A stretch of DNA of 64,000 nt from Candidatus Altimarinota bacterium (GTDB lineage Bacteria; Patescibacteriota; Gracilibacteria; UBA1369; GCA-2718715). Positions 1 to 8,499 of the stretch are shown piece after piece (the first letter of the stretch is position 1; each line of letters opens with the position of its first letter). The position numbers and the translations under genes were made by a program. Below the pieces are notes generated by a model. The model made no database searches. It was not told the DNA's origin and saw only the letters and a list, made by a program, of their open reading frames with translations. The stretch is from contig JBESAV010000001.1 of assembly GCA_041242255.1 (NCBI GenBank), positions 576,001 to 640,000 on the forward strand. Direction: 5' to 3'.

Positions 1-153
1 GTCACAAAGCCTATTAGATCTATTCCTATATAAGAATTTAGTAACTCATTTCGAATCATAATATAGTGCGATTGTTAAAATAGATCTAGCTAGGGCTTTA
101 TAAATTTATAGTCTTTTTTGTACATGTCATAGTTTAAATTTTAATATCAAATA

Positions 154-1815
154 TTAAGTTAGCTTAATATGGTTAGCTTTAGCAATGATAGAGCAAATAT
201 TATCCATTTTATCTGAAACATCATACAGATCTTTAAGGTTATCCTTTGTAAAATATTCTACAAAATTCTTAGCATATTTAATTTTATTTGCTTTTAATTT
301 TTCCCCTTCTCCTTTCGATATTTTATCCAAAGTATTAGCTATTGGGGTAAATCGACGAGGCTGTTGGCTAATCAGCTTATCGTAAAAAGATTCGAGTGAT
401 TCTTTAGGAATGTAGTTTTCTGTTTCCTTACCATGAGTAATCCACAGATAAAAATTGTTTTCTTTTTTATATGCTTCTTTAATACTATTAACTCTTTTTT
501 TGAGAGGGTCATTAGTGTTTTTTTTATCGCTATCGCATATAACTATAGAATTTCGATTTGCTTTTAAAATCGAAAGTTTTTCGTCAGGTATTTCTTCATC
601 AACTCCGTAATGTGCAAGTAATGATCGAGCTGTAAATAAAAATTGATAATGAATATTCTCTATTAATTTACCATCAGAGAAAATATCTAACATTTTTTTA
701 TAGTAAATTCTATCGGATGGACCCTCAACCCATATAACTGCATTTGACTGTAATATATCACTAGCCTTTGCTCCAATATCATCTATCACTAAAGAGTGAC
801 TACTATAGTTTAATACATTTGATAGGATTGTCTTTGAACCTTCTTTATATAAATGAATTAGATTTGTATTTTTATCTCCAGAAAAGAAGTTAATAGTCAC
901 AGGTGAATGTGTTGTTAAAATGAAAGTACAACCTTGTTCACTTAGTTTTTTTATGTAATGCAGAATATTTCTCTCCAGGTTAGGATGAGTATTGTTTTCT
1001 AATTCCTCCAATAAAAAAATACAGTTCGTAATCTTCTTTTTTGTAATATCTGGACCTAAAATTGTCACTACCAATAAAAATAAAACAGTTTTTATTCCGC
1101 TACCTGTATTTGAAATGGGTATAAATTCGCCATTTTCTGTTTCCAGTCCTATTTCCCATAAATCAGTACCTTTTTGATTAAAAACCCTTATGTCAGTATA
1201 TTTAGAATCTGGCGAAACAATTTTATTTAATTCTTTTAAAAGAGTTTCTGTTACCAGTTTATACCTTGCACTCCCATATACTTCTTCCTGCAGGTACAAC
1301 CTTATAATATTTGTTATGCCAGTTCCGTTTGATTTGATTGTAAGTTTATTAAAATTTGGACCACTAACAGAACTAATAAAAATGTTATTTTTTTGTTCGC
1401 TTATGATGTTTCGGTCAGCATCAATTCTAAAACCTATTAAATTGTTTAGCTTATTATCTAATTTATTTAAGATTTTTTTTTGCTCATTATTCGTAAGTTC
1501 ATCAAATTTTATATTATTACCTCCATTATATAATTGAGATTTAACATAGTAGTTAACTGGTATAATATCATTCACAGAATTAAGTACTTTAACTGATTCA
1601 GAATCAATATCATCTTTTTGTATTGTTAAATAGAGTTTAGCCCCATTCGTCCTAATTTCTTTATCTAACAACTGTTCTATTGCATCTAGATAGGTGCTTT
1701 TACCTACATTATTTTTACCGATAATCAGATTTATAGGCAAAATACTTTGAATATTTTCTTCTTCAAAGTTTAACCCTTTGTATTTTTTAACTCCAATAGA
1801 AATTTGTAACGACAT
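154..1815 (-). CDS. OLD-family ATP-dependent endonuclease (ABC-type ATPase + TOPRIM)
   Basis: Walker A GKNNVGKS, Walker B LLEELENNTHP, TTHS motif, TOPRIM VIWVEGPSD and DSD. Confidence 0.85.
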   Translation of the reverse strand: MSLQISIGVKKYKGLNFEEENIQSILPINLIIGKNNVGKSTYLDAIEQLLDKEIRTNGAKLYLTIQKDDIDSESVKVLNSVNDIIPVNYYVKSQLYNGGNNIKFDELTNNEQKKILNKLDNKLNNLIGFRIDADRNIISEQKNNIFISSVSGPNFNKLTIKSNGTGITNIIRLYLQEEVYGSARYKLVTETLLKELNKIVSPDSKYTDIRVFNQKGTDLWEIGLETENGEFIPISNTGSGIKTVLFLLVVTILGPDITKKKITNCIFLLEELENNTHPNLERNILHYIKKLSEQGCTFILTTHSPVTINFFSGDKNTNLIHLYKEGSKTILSNVLNYSSHSLVIDDIGAKASDILQSNAVIWVEGPSDRIYYKKMLDIFSDGKLIENIHYQFLFTARSLLAHYGVDEEIPDEKLSILKANRNSIVICDSDKKNTNDPLKKRVNSIKEAYKKENNFYLWITHGKETENYIPKESLESFYDKLISQQPRRFTPIANTLDKISKGEGEKLKANKIKYAKNFVEYFTKDNLKDLYDVSDKMDNICSIIAKANHIKLT

Positions 1816-1832
1816 AATTGAGTTTTATATTG

Positions 1833-1861
1833 ATGACAGAATACCATTTTCCTGCTAGATT
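1833..1861 (+). promoter_or_regulatory. sigma70-type promoter for the structured leader and ORF 2030
   Basis: ATGACA-N17-TAGATT with an extended -10 TG; the predicted start is near 1868, where the conserved motif begins. Confidence 0.55.
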
Positions 1862-1867
1862 ATAAAT

Positions 1868-1996
1868 GTCGCACAACTAGGAATTTTAAGCCACATAAGG
1901 TGCTCCCTTGTTTATATGAACAAAGGTGGGCATCTAGCCATATAGGCATACCTTTGTGGTTACCTAGTTGGGCGACCTAGGTGCCCTCTTTTGGAA
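1868..1996 (+). ncRNA. Conserved structured leader RNA, copy 1
   Basis: Homologous to 59022-59151; nested stems show compensatory changes and G-U pairs. Confidence 0.75.
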
Positions 1997-2029
1997 TTAC
2001 CTAGCAGATCATTAATCTAATTTATAATT

Positions 2030-3334
2030 ATGTCACAACCTGTATTTACAAGTAAGTATTTTGATATCTACAAAGATAGGATAGAGATCAAAATGTTCTT
2101 AAATAAAGACACTATTTTTATTTCCTCTATACACAGTATGAGAAAAAGACTCGGTGGGATTAAAGTTCATACCAGTGGAAAAGATTATATTCTCCCTCAT
2201 AAAAATCCTGCAAAAGTAATTGAAGTAATATCAAAGCTAAAAAATGGCGAGGAAGTTATAATCGAAGAGAAAAAGAAAGTAAAAACTAAGAAGGTTCAAG
2301 AAGCTACAAATCAAGAAAGTAACCCAACAAAAGAAGATAATACAGTCTGGTACAAGACATGGTGGTACATGTGTATTCTTTTTTTCTTTACGATAGTATT
2401 ATGGTTTATTACCATACCAGTTTATACGTATTTGGCTTACTCAAATAAAGATAAAGAAGACGGTCCACACTACAAGAAAGTTTTAACTGCATTGGTAGTA
2501 TTTTCTATTTTAATAGTTCTACCTGTTAGTTGTAGTCAATCATTACAAGAAGATGAAGCTATGTCTTCGATTGAAGTTATGATACAAGAAGGACGACTAG
2601 ATGATGCGGCTGATAGTATGATTAGTACTCAGTATAAATACTCAGATAGATACAAGGCATTAGCTAAAGAACTTAATTACGCTGCACCATCATATGCAAA
2701 GGTTTTATTGCTATCTCTTACTGATGACCAGATTAAAGATTTAGAGTCTGGTACATTAGCTATAAATAAATCAAGTTACAGCACTATAAATGATAGATTG
2801 AAAGAGAACCTTAATACACTTTTACCTGATTTAGAGGAGATACAGAAAGAACATGATCAACTTGCCTTACTTAATAAATTAGGTGAAATAGAGTACAGTG
2901 TTATCCAAAAAGATGAATACAAAAATCATGATGTATATGTACTAGAAGTTCCTAATGTTATAAACCAAACAGTCCTGGAGTCCTTTGCTAGAAGCTTCGA
3001 GGAAAACCTTTGTGAAAGAGATTGTTTCATCAATCTATATAGTATTGAAGATGCATATTGGACCAGAGAAAAGAAAAGCGATTTAGGAAGTGCTTTTATG
3101 GATGAGTCAGCTGATTTGGTTATATCAGGGCAAATATCACAAGAAGAAGTTTTAATAAGAAATAGAAGGTATCTTCTGGAGTTAGATGAAGAATACTTAG
3201 AATATATAGCAACAAACCACATAGGAAGGTTGGAGCTAGATTTTAGTGGAGGGCCATCTATTTACTATCCATATCCAATAATATCTGATCTTGACTTACT
3301 CGATGAAAGAAGACAGGAATTAGAGAACTTATAA
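2030..3334 (+). CDS. Hypothetical membrane protein (possible N-terminal PH-like domain, 2 TM segments)
   Basis: 434-aa ORF with hydrophobic segments at about aa 107-137 and 150-168. Confidence 0.7.
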   Translation: MSQPVFTSKYFDIYKDRIEIKMFLNKDTIFISSIHSMRKRLGGIKVHTSGKDYILPHKNPAKVIEVISKLKNGEEVIIEEKKKVKTKKVQEATNQESNPTKEDNTVWYKTWWYMCILFFFTIVLWFITIPVYTYLAYSNKDKEDGPHYKKVLTALVVFSILIVLPVSCSQSLQEDEAMSSIEVMIQEGRLDDAADSMISTQYKYSDRYKALAKELNYAAPSYAKVLLLSLTDDQIKDLESGTLAINKSSYSTINDRLKENLNTLLPDLEEIQKEHDQLALLNKLGEIEYSVIQKDEYKNHDVYVLEVPNVINQTVLESFARSFEENLCERDCFINLYSIEDAYWTREKKSDLGSAFMDESADLVISGQISQEEVLIRNRRYLLELDEEYLEYIATNHIGRLELDFSGGPSIYYPYPIISDLDLLDERRQELENL

Positions 3335-3377
3335 GAAGTTAAACACATAATCTTAAATTGAATATAGCTTACAAAAT

Positions 3378-3409
3378 AAAGCACTCTGGCTTCATGCAGT
3401 GTGCTTTTT
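3378..3409 (+). terminator. Probable intrinsic terminator
   Basis: aaagcact...agtgtgctttt imperfect hairpin with T tract after ORF 2030. Confidence 0.45.
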
Positions 3410-3563
3410 ATCATCCACTTCTTATAACTTTACTTATACATAAGTATATATAAACACATATGTGCTCAATGCCATACAGTTGTACTTAAAATGCAATAAA
3501 TAGAGCCAAAATGGCCACTTATATATGCTACAATGCACCCATATTATTTAACTTTTACATTCC

Positions 3564-3728
3564 ATGTCAGATACCAATGACAACAATGTTTACAATGCTA
3601 TCGAAGTGATCCGCAATGCAGGAACAAATCCTGACGGTCCCGATGGTGTTGTTGATAGTAGTGGAGATTATGTGAAGTTCGACCAAAACAGACGTCGGAC
3701 CTCTATCTCCAGAGATCAACAATGGTAA
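3564..3728 (+). CDS. 54-aa small protein upstream of the recombinase (not in ORF track)
   Basis: MSDTNDNNVYNAIEVIRNAGTNPDGPDGVVDSSGDYVKFDQNRRRTSISRDQQW; extended -10 TGcTACAAT lies just upstream. Confidence 0.5.
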   Translation: MSDTNDNNVYNAIEVIRNAGTNPDGPDGVVDSSGDYVKFDQNRRRTSISRDQQW

Positions 3729-3764
3729 GCATAAAATGTAGAATTTAATTAGGTACAATCATCA

Positions 3765-5309
3765 ATGAAATGGGTAATTTATGTTAGAAAGTCTAGTGAG
3801 GACGCAAACAAACAGGTAAGGTCCCTCAAAGACCAAATCAAGGTATGCCAAGAACTAGCAAAAAGGGAAGGCTACAATGTTGTAGAGGTATTCCAAGAGA
3901 TAAAGTCTGCTAAAAAATCGGGTAATAGACCAGAGTTCAACAGAATGTTAGATGGTTTAAGGCAGAACAAATATCAAGGAATACTATCATGGGCACCCGA
4001 TAGACTTTCTAGAAACATGAAGGAAGCAGGGGAGATCATCGATATGCTCGACAATGAAGTTATCCTCGATCTAGACTTTGCAGCACACGCATTCGTTAAT
4101 GATTATAATGGGCTAATGACGTTAGGTATTTCCTTTGTGATATCAAAGCAATATTCTGATAGGTTAGCCCATAACATCTCCAGAGGTAACAAACAAAAAC
4201 TAAAAGAAGGTAAGCATTTAGGTCGATATGTACACGGGTATATAGCTGATGATGTTACACAGCATTACCAGATAGATGAACGTATTGCAGAGAATGGAAA
4301 GACATTTTATGAGCTGATAAAAGAAGGATTCCAAATGCGACTAAAAGGTAACTCCTTAGCAACCATCACCAAATACATCAATGATAATGGGTACTATAGA
4401 GAGACTAAGCAAAGCAAAACTATCCAAAAAATGACACAGGGAAAACTAAGCAATATGTTTAAGGACCCAATATACTATGGAGAGATTCATACATATGAAG
4501 AACCGATAGACCTTGTAGAGATACATTGCTTTTTACCAATGATCACAAAAGAGGAATACGAGATGCTACAAGACTATAAACCAACCGGTATCAGTTCACA
4601 TACACATAATTGGCCATTCATAGAGCTAGTTAAATGTGGAGACTGTGATTGCAATATGCGTGCAGGTAAATCTACATCAGGGACAGGGCAGAAGTATTTG
4701 TATTACTGGTGTGAAAATAAAGAGTGTGGAGATAAAAGAAAGAAACAAGGCAAGACAAAGTTCCCTACTATCAGAGCAAAGGTTGTTATAGAAGCCTTAC
4801 AAAATGCTCTAGCAGATCTAAATCTAGATAAAGCTATATACAAGAACTATGGAACACAATACGCAGAGGAGGTCCATAAGTACAAAACAAATATTGCCAC
4901 ACAAAAGAGAGCAGCTAGAAGAGCCCTTAATAACTTCGAGAAGAAAAAAGAAGAGCTAGAGTTCAAAAAGATACGTGATGGGCATTCATGGTCCAAATCA
5001 GAGCAAGCTAGATACAATAAAGAGATAAAGTTCTACAACAAAAAGATCAACACCTTAACTAGGAATATTGATGATCTAGAAAAATCTATGCCAAAAGAAG
5101 TAGACCTAAAAAGTTTCTTGAACTCGTTGAATATGGCTTCTACAAGGTTTCCTCGATATGATTTAGAGACGATGGACTCATTAGCCAAAAATGTGTTCTT
5201 GAACTTAGTTGTTAAGGACGGAAAAGTAGCATCAATAAGCTATAAAGAGCCCTTTGCAAGTATGCCAAAAACGGCTAAATCCAGACTTGGTGCACCAGAG
5301 AGGACTTGA
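3765..5309 (+). CDS. Large serine recombinase (resolvase + recombinase + Zn ribbon + coiled coil)
   Basis: YVRKSS catalytic motif, DRLSRN, CGDC...YYWC zinc ribbon; the last codons overlap the tRNA-Leu antisense strand. Confidence 0.93.
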   Translation: MKWVIYVRKSSEDANKQVRSLKDQIKVCQELAKREGYNVVEVFQEIKSAKKSGNRPEFNRMLDGLRQNKYQGILSWAPDRLSRNMKEAGEIIDMLDNEVILDLDFAAHAFVNDYNGLMTLGISFVISKQYSDRLAHNISRGNKQKLKEGKHLGRYVHGYIADDVTQHYQIDERIAENGKTFYELIKEGFQMRLKGNSLATITKYINDNGYYRETKQSKTIQKMTQGKLSNMFKDPIYYGEIHTYEEPIDLVEIHCFLPMITKEEYEMLQDYKPTGISSHTHNWPFIELVKCGDCDCNMRAGKSTSGTGQKYLYYWCENKECGDKRKKQGKTKFPTIRAKVVIEALQNALADLNLDKAIYKNYGTQYAEEVHKYKTNIATQKRAARRALNNFEKKKEELEFKKIRDGHSWSKSEQARYNKEIKFYNKKINTLTRNIDDLEKSMPKEVDLKSFLNSLNMASTRFPRYDLETMDSLAKNVFLNLVVKDGKVASISYKEPFASMPKTAKSRLGAPERT

Positions 5310-5374
5310 ACCTCCACCCAGCTAAGCCGGACTAGCCCCTCAAGCTAGCGCGTCTACCATTCCGCCACTGGTGC
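5288..5374 (-). tRNA. tRNA-Leu(GAG)
   Basis: Cloverleaf GCACCAG/CTGGTGC, anticodon arm CTAGC-TTGAGGG-GCTAG, long variable arm, encoded CCA. Confidence 0.97.
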
Positions 5375-5533
5375 ATTTCGCAAACATGCTAATCTATCAA
5401 TTGCCCTTTGGCAACCCGTTATCCAAACCAATCTTTCAAACACAACATCAAATCAACATTATCAACCTAATCCCAACAGCAAAAAGCCCCTCACCGCAAA
5501 CAAACCCCTAAAAATATCAAACCCAACTAAGAC

Positions 5534-5971
5534 CTAATTTTCTTCAAAACCTTCCACAACACCAACTACTTCTCCGATCCGCATACAAATTGAATCTTCT
5601 AGCTGACAAAGCTCTTTATACTTCTTCCTAGCCTTTATTAAGTTATTAATAGACTTTTGCATATTCCCATCAAATGATTCAAACTTTAAAATTAAGTTAT
5701 CAAACTTATCTGTTTCTACGACTCGCATAATCTCTTCTTTAAACGAACAAAGAAGCGCCCTCAACCTACTTAAATCCTTCCCAACTAAAAAAGGTATCAA
5801 GTCTATCTCTTCCTCCTTGAAAACACCCTCAATTTTCATCAAATCTTCAATACAAGCTTCAAACAAAGTCCGATATATTAAAAAATCACTTCGAAACTCA
5901 ACCAAATCAACCATTTCAACTTTTGGCTCACCTGTAATGTAACCAGTATTAGTCAAAATATATTTAGTCAT
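5534..5971 (-). CDS. Hypothetical protein
   Basis: 145-aa ORF, no recognised motif. Confidence 0.6.
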   Translation of the reverse strand: MTKYILTNTGYITGEPKVEMVDLVEFRSDFLIYRTLFEACIEDLMKIEGVFKEEEIDLIPFLVGKDLSRLRALLCSFKEEIMRVVETDKFDNLILKFESFDGNMQKSINNLIKARKKYKELCQLEDSICMRIGEVVGVVEGFEEN

Positions 5972-6104
5972 TTCATGAATTATAAACTAAAGAAATTATA
6001 TCACTAATGCCACTTTAGTAAACCAGAGCCCAAAAAAATCCTCCTAGATCAAATCCCCAAAAGATTGGCAAACAAACCCAATCCCTTTAATATATAAAAA
6101 AAAC

Positions 6105-7064
6105 ATGCCTCACCAAAACAATATCAACCAACAAACCCAAAACCTACCCCAAGACTTTCTCCAAAAAGTCCAATCTATTTTTCCAGACCCAAAAACCCAA
6201 GACCAGATCCTAAATAGCCTAACCAGCAAGCCAACCACATTCCGATTAAACCCACTTCAGAATAACCCAAAAGAAACTATAGCTTCACTCAGGTCCCAAG
6301 GATTTCAACCTAAAGAATCATCTTTTCACCCACATTCTTTTCACCTCACATTCAAGACCCAGAAGGATTTACAACATACTCAAGAGTACAAAAAAGGACA
6401 CATATACCTTCAAAGCTACGCCAGCCAGATCCCAGTAATAGCCCTTGATCCACAACCACAAGAAAAAATCCTAGACATGACAGCAGCCCCAGGTAGTAAA
6501 ACCTCTCAGATATCTGCCTACACAGACAATAAATCAGAGCTTCACGCCAACGATGTGAACACCATCCGCCTCGAAAAACTCAAACACAATCTCAAAAAAC
6601 TAAATGCCCAAGCCACAGTCCACAACCTCCCGGGCACAGACCTACATACTAAATTCCCAGATAACTATTTCCATAAAATCCTCCTAGATGCGCCATGTAG
6701 TGGAGAAGCTCGTTTTGATATTAATAATCCCAAATCCTATCACTACTGGTCAAATCACCGAGCAGAAGAATTCCACCAAAGACAACTCAAGCTCTTAAAG
6801 TCAGCCTGGCAACTGCTGGCTCCAGGGGGAATTCTAGTTTATTCCACCTGCACTTTTGAACCTTTAGAGAACGAAAAAGTCATCCAAAAACTATCCCAAG
6901 GAAATCCAGAATCCCTCAAAATTATCCCTATCAAAATCCCAGGCCTAAAAACACTTCCAACCCTCCAAGAATTCTCCAAATCCGAACTTTCCAAAACAAT
7001 CCGCATCTACCCAGACAACCACTTCGAGTCCTTCTACGTAGCCAAACTCCAAAAACAAAAATAA
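6105..7064 (+). CDS. RsmB/RsmF (NOL1/NOP2/Sun) RNA m5C methyltransferase
   Basis: LDMTAAPGSKT, ILLDAPCSG and YSTCT motifs. Confidence 0.92.
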   Translation: MPHQNNINQQTQNLPQDFLQKVQSIFPDPKTQDQILNSLTSKPTTFRLNPLQNNPKETIASLRSQGFQPKESSFHPHSFHLTFKTQKDLQHTQEYKKGHIYLQSYASQIPVIALDPQPQEKILDMTAAPGSKTSQISAYTDNKSELHANDVNTIRLEKLKHNLKKLNAQATVHNLPGTDLHTKFPDNYFHKILLDAPCSGEARFDINNPKSYHYWSNHRAEEFHQRQLKLLKSAWQLLAPGGILVYSTCTFEPLENEKVIQKLSQGNPESLKIIPIKIPGLKTLPTLQEFSKSELSKTIRIYPDNHFESFYVAKLQKQK

Positions 7065-7073
7065 ACCAATCAA

Positions 7074-7625
7074 ATGTACGAAATTATCCTCACAGCCATC
7101 TTCCTATTAGCCTACACTTTCTCTCCACAAGAACCGATCTTCCAGCTCTCAATTTTGACAGTATACCTCTGCCTCGTTGTCCCTGGACTAGTAACCTACA
7201 TCAAAGGCCCACCCTTCGTCCCATCCTCTGATAAAACCATTCAAAACGCCATCAAACTAGCTCAACTAAAACCAACCAACACCGTAATTGACCTTGGTTG
7301 TGGAAATGGAAAATTCCTCATAGCAGCAGCACCTCATTGTAAAAAAGCCATAGGCTACGAACTTTCCTTCCCAACCTACCTAATGGCTAAACTAAAAACC
7401 CGTAAACACAAAAATATTCAAATCAGATACAAAAATTTTTGGAAAGAGGACCACTCCCAAGCAGATGTAGTTTTCTGCTTTTTGCTACTAAGACTAATGC
7501 CAAAAGTTAAACAAGAAATCTGGCCCCAACTCAAACCAGGCACTCGCCTCATCTCCAACACTTTCTCAATCAAATCCCTACAACCAACCCAAAAAATCGA
7601 TTCAACTCTCCTCTACATAAAGTAG
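7074..7625 (+). CDS. Membrane-anchored class I SAM-dependent methyltransferase
   Basis: N-terminal TM segments, GPPFVPS, IDLGCGNG, LKPGTRLISNTF. Confidence 0.85.
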   Translation: MYEIILTAIFLLAYTFSPQEPIFQLSILTVYLCLVVPGLVTYIKGPPFVPSSDKTIQNAIKLAQLKPTNTVIDLGCGNGKFLIAAAPHCKKAIGYELSFPTYLMAKLKTRKHKNIQIRYKNFWKEDHSQADVVFCFLLLRLMPKVKQEIWPQLKPGTRLISNTFSIKSLQPTQKIDSTLLYIK

Positions 7626-7677
7626 CTAGGTTGACAAACCCTATTAAGGTGATAAGATAACATCTTTAATAGGAAAA

Positions 7678-8349
7678 ATGAAAAAAAGTCCTTACGTGGC
7701 ACCAGAGATTAATCTAGATAATATCGATTTAAGTCTTTCAGATAAGAATCGTTATCTATATGTTCTTCAAGTTATATATCTCGATCCAACCAAAAAACAT
7801 AACTGCACTCAGGATGAAATTATAACTGTAGGAATTCTAAAGTCACTTGCGATGCAAAGACCAGAGAAATTTACTCAAAAATTCCCAGAGTTCTTAAAGT
7901 TAGTACAAGCTTATTCAGCCAAAAAATCAATCAAAGACTATCAAGCCGATACCAATGATCAAGTTACTAATGTCTTAAAAATATCTGATGATAGAAGATT
8001 AGGTATCTTTGCGACCACTATACTTTTCCCAAATAGTACTAAAGGTCTCTTTCAAGAACTAGAATCATGGATTGATAGCACTAATCTTAATCATGAATCT
8101 GTAACTTTTGATTTGCCACCTGAATTAGTTTTTATAGACAACATATCCTGGAAAAGGCATCTCAAAAGCACAAGGATATTGTTTTCAAATTTAACTTCAG
8201 AAAGACAGTTAAGTTTAATACTCATCAGAATCAAATTATTACTCAACGAACAAATCATAAGTCTAGATCCTAACAACGCAGAAAATTACCCTCAACTATA
8301 TGAACTTCTCAATAAACTAGAGATGAAAAAAGTTGCCATATCAAAATAA
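7678..8349 (+). CDS. Hypothetical protein
   Basis: 223-aa ORF preceded by a TTGACA promoter-like element. Confidence 0.6.
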   Translation: MKKSPYVAPEINLDNIDLSLSDKNRYLYVLQVIYLDPTKKHNCTQDEIITVGILKSLAMQRPEKFTQKFPEFLKLVQAYSAKKSIKDYQADTNDQVTNVLKISDDRRLGIFATTILFPNSTKGLFQELESWIDSTNLNHESVTFDLPPELVFIDNISWKRHLKSTRILFSNLTSERQLSLILIRIKLLLNEQIISLDPNNAENYPQLYELLNKLEMKKVAISK

Positions 8350-8499
8350 ATACCATATTTTAGTTACACAAAATAAAAAATAGTATGACTAATTTAATCA
8401 ACTCATTTAGATTCTTTTTTTCCAAGAACTAAGTCTGAGTGTTTAAAGTATCATTCTATACCCAACCACTCAGCAGAGTGGTTTATTTAAATTCAAATT

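Larger units (their letters stand above)
1..5290. mobile_element. Integrative element at the tRNA-Leu(GAG) 3' end (left end outside window)
   Basis: Large serine recombinase runs into the tRNA 3' end. Cargo includes an OLD-type nuclease. By eye the region lacks the C-rich plus-strand skew of the flanking backbone, and no terminator follows the tRNA directly. Confidence 0.8.

Noticed and set aside
1868-1996. The shared motif as a known self-cleaving ribozyme or a tRNA fragment
   Set aside because: No hammerhead CUGANGA/GAAA core, no tRNA T loop and no clear HDV-like topology by eye; left as an unknown structured RNA.
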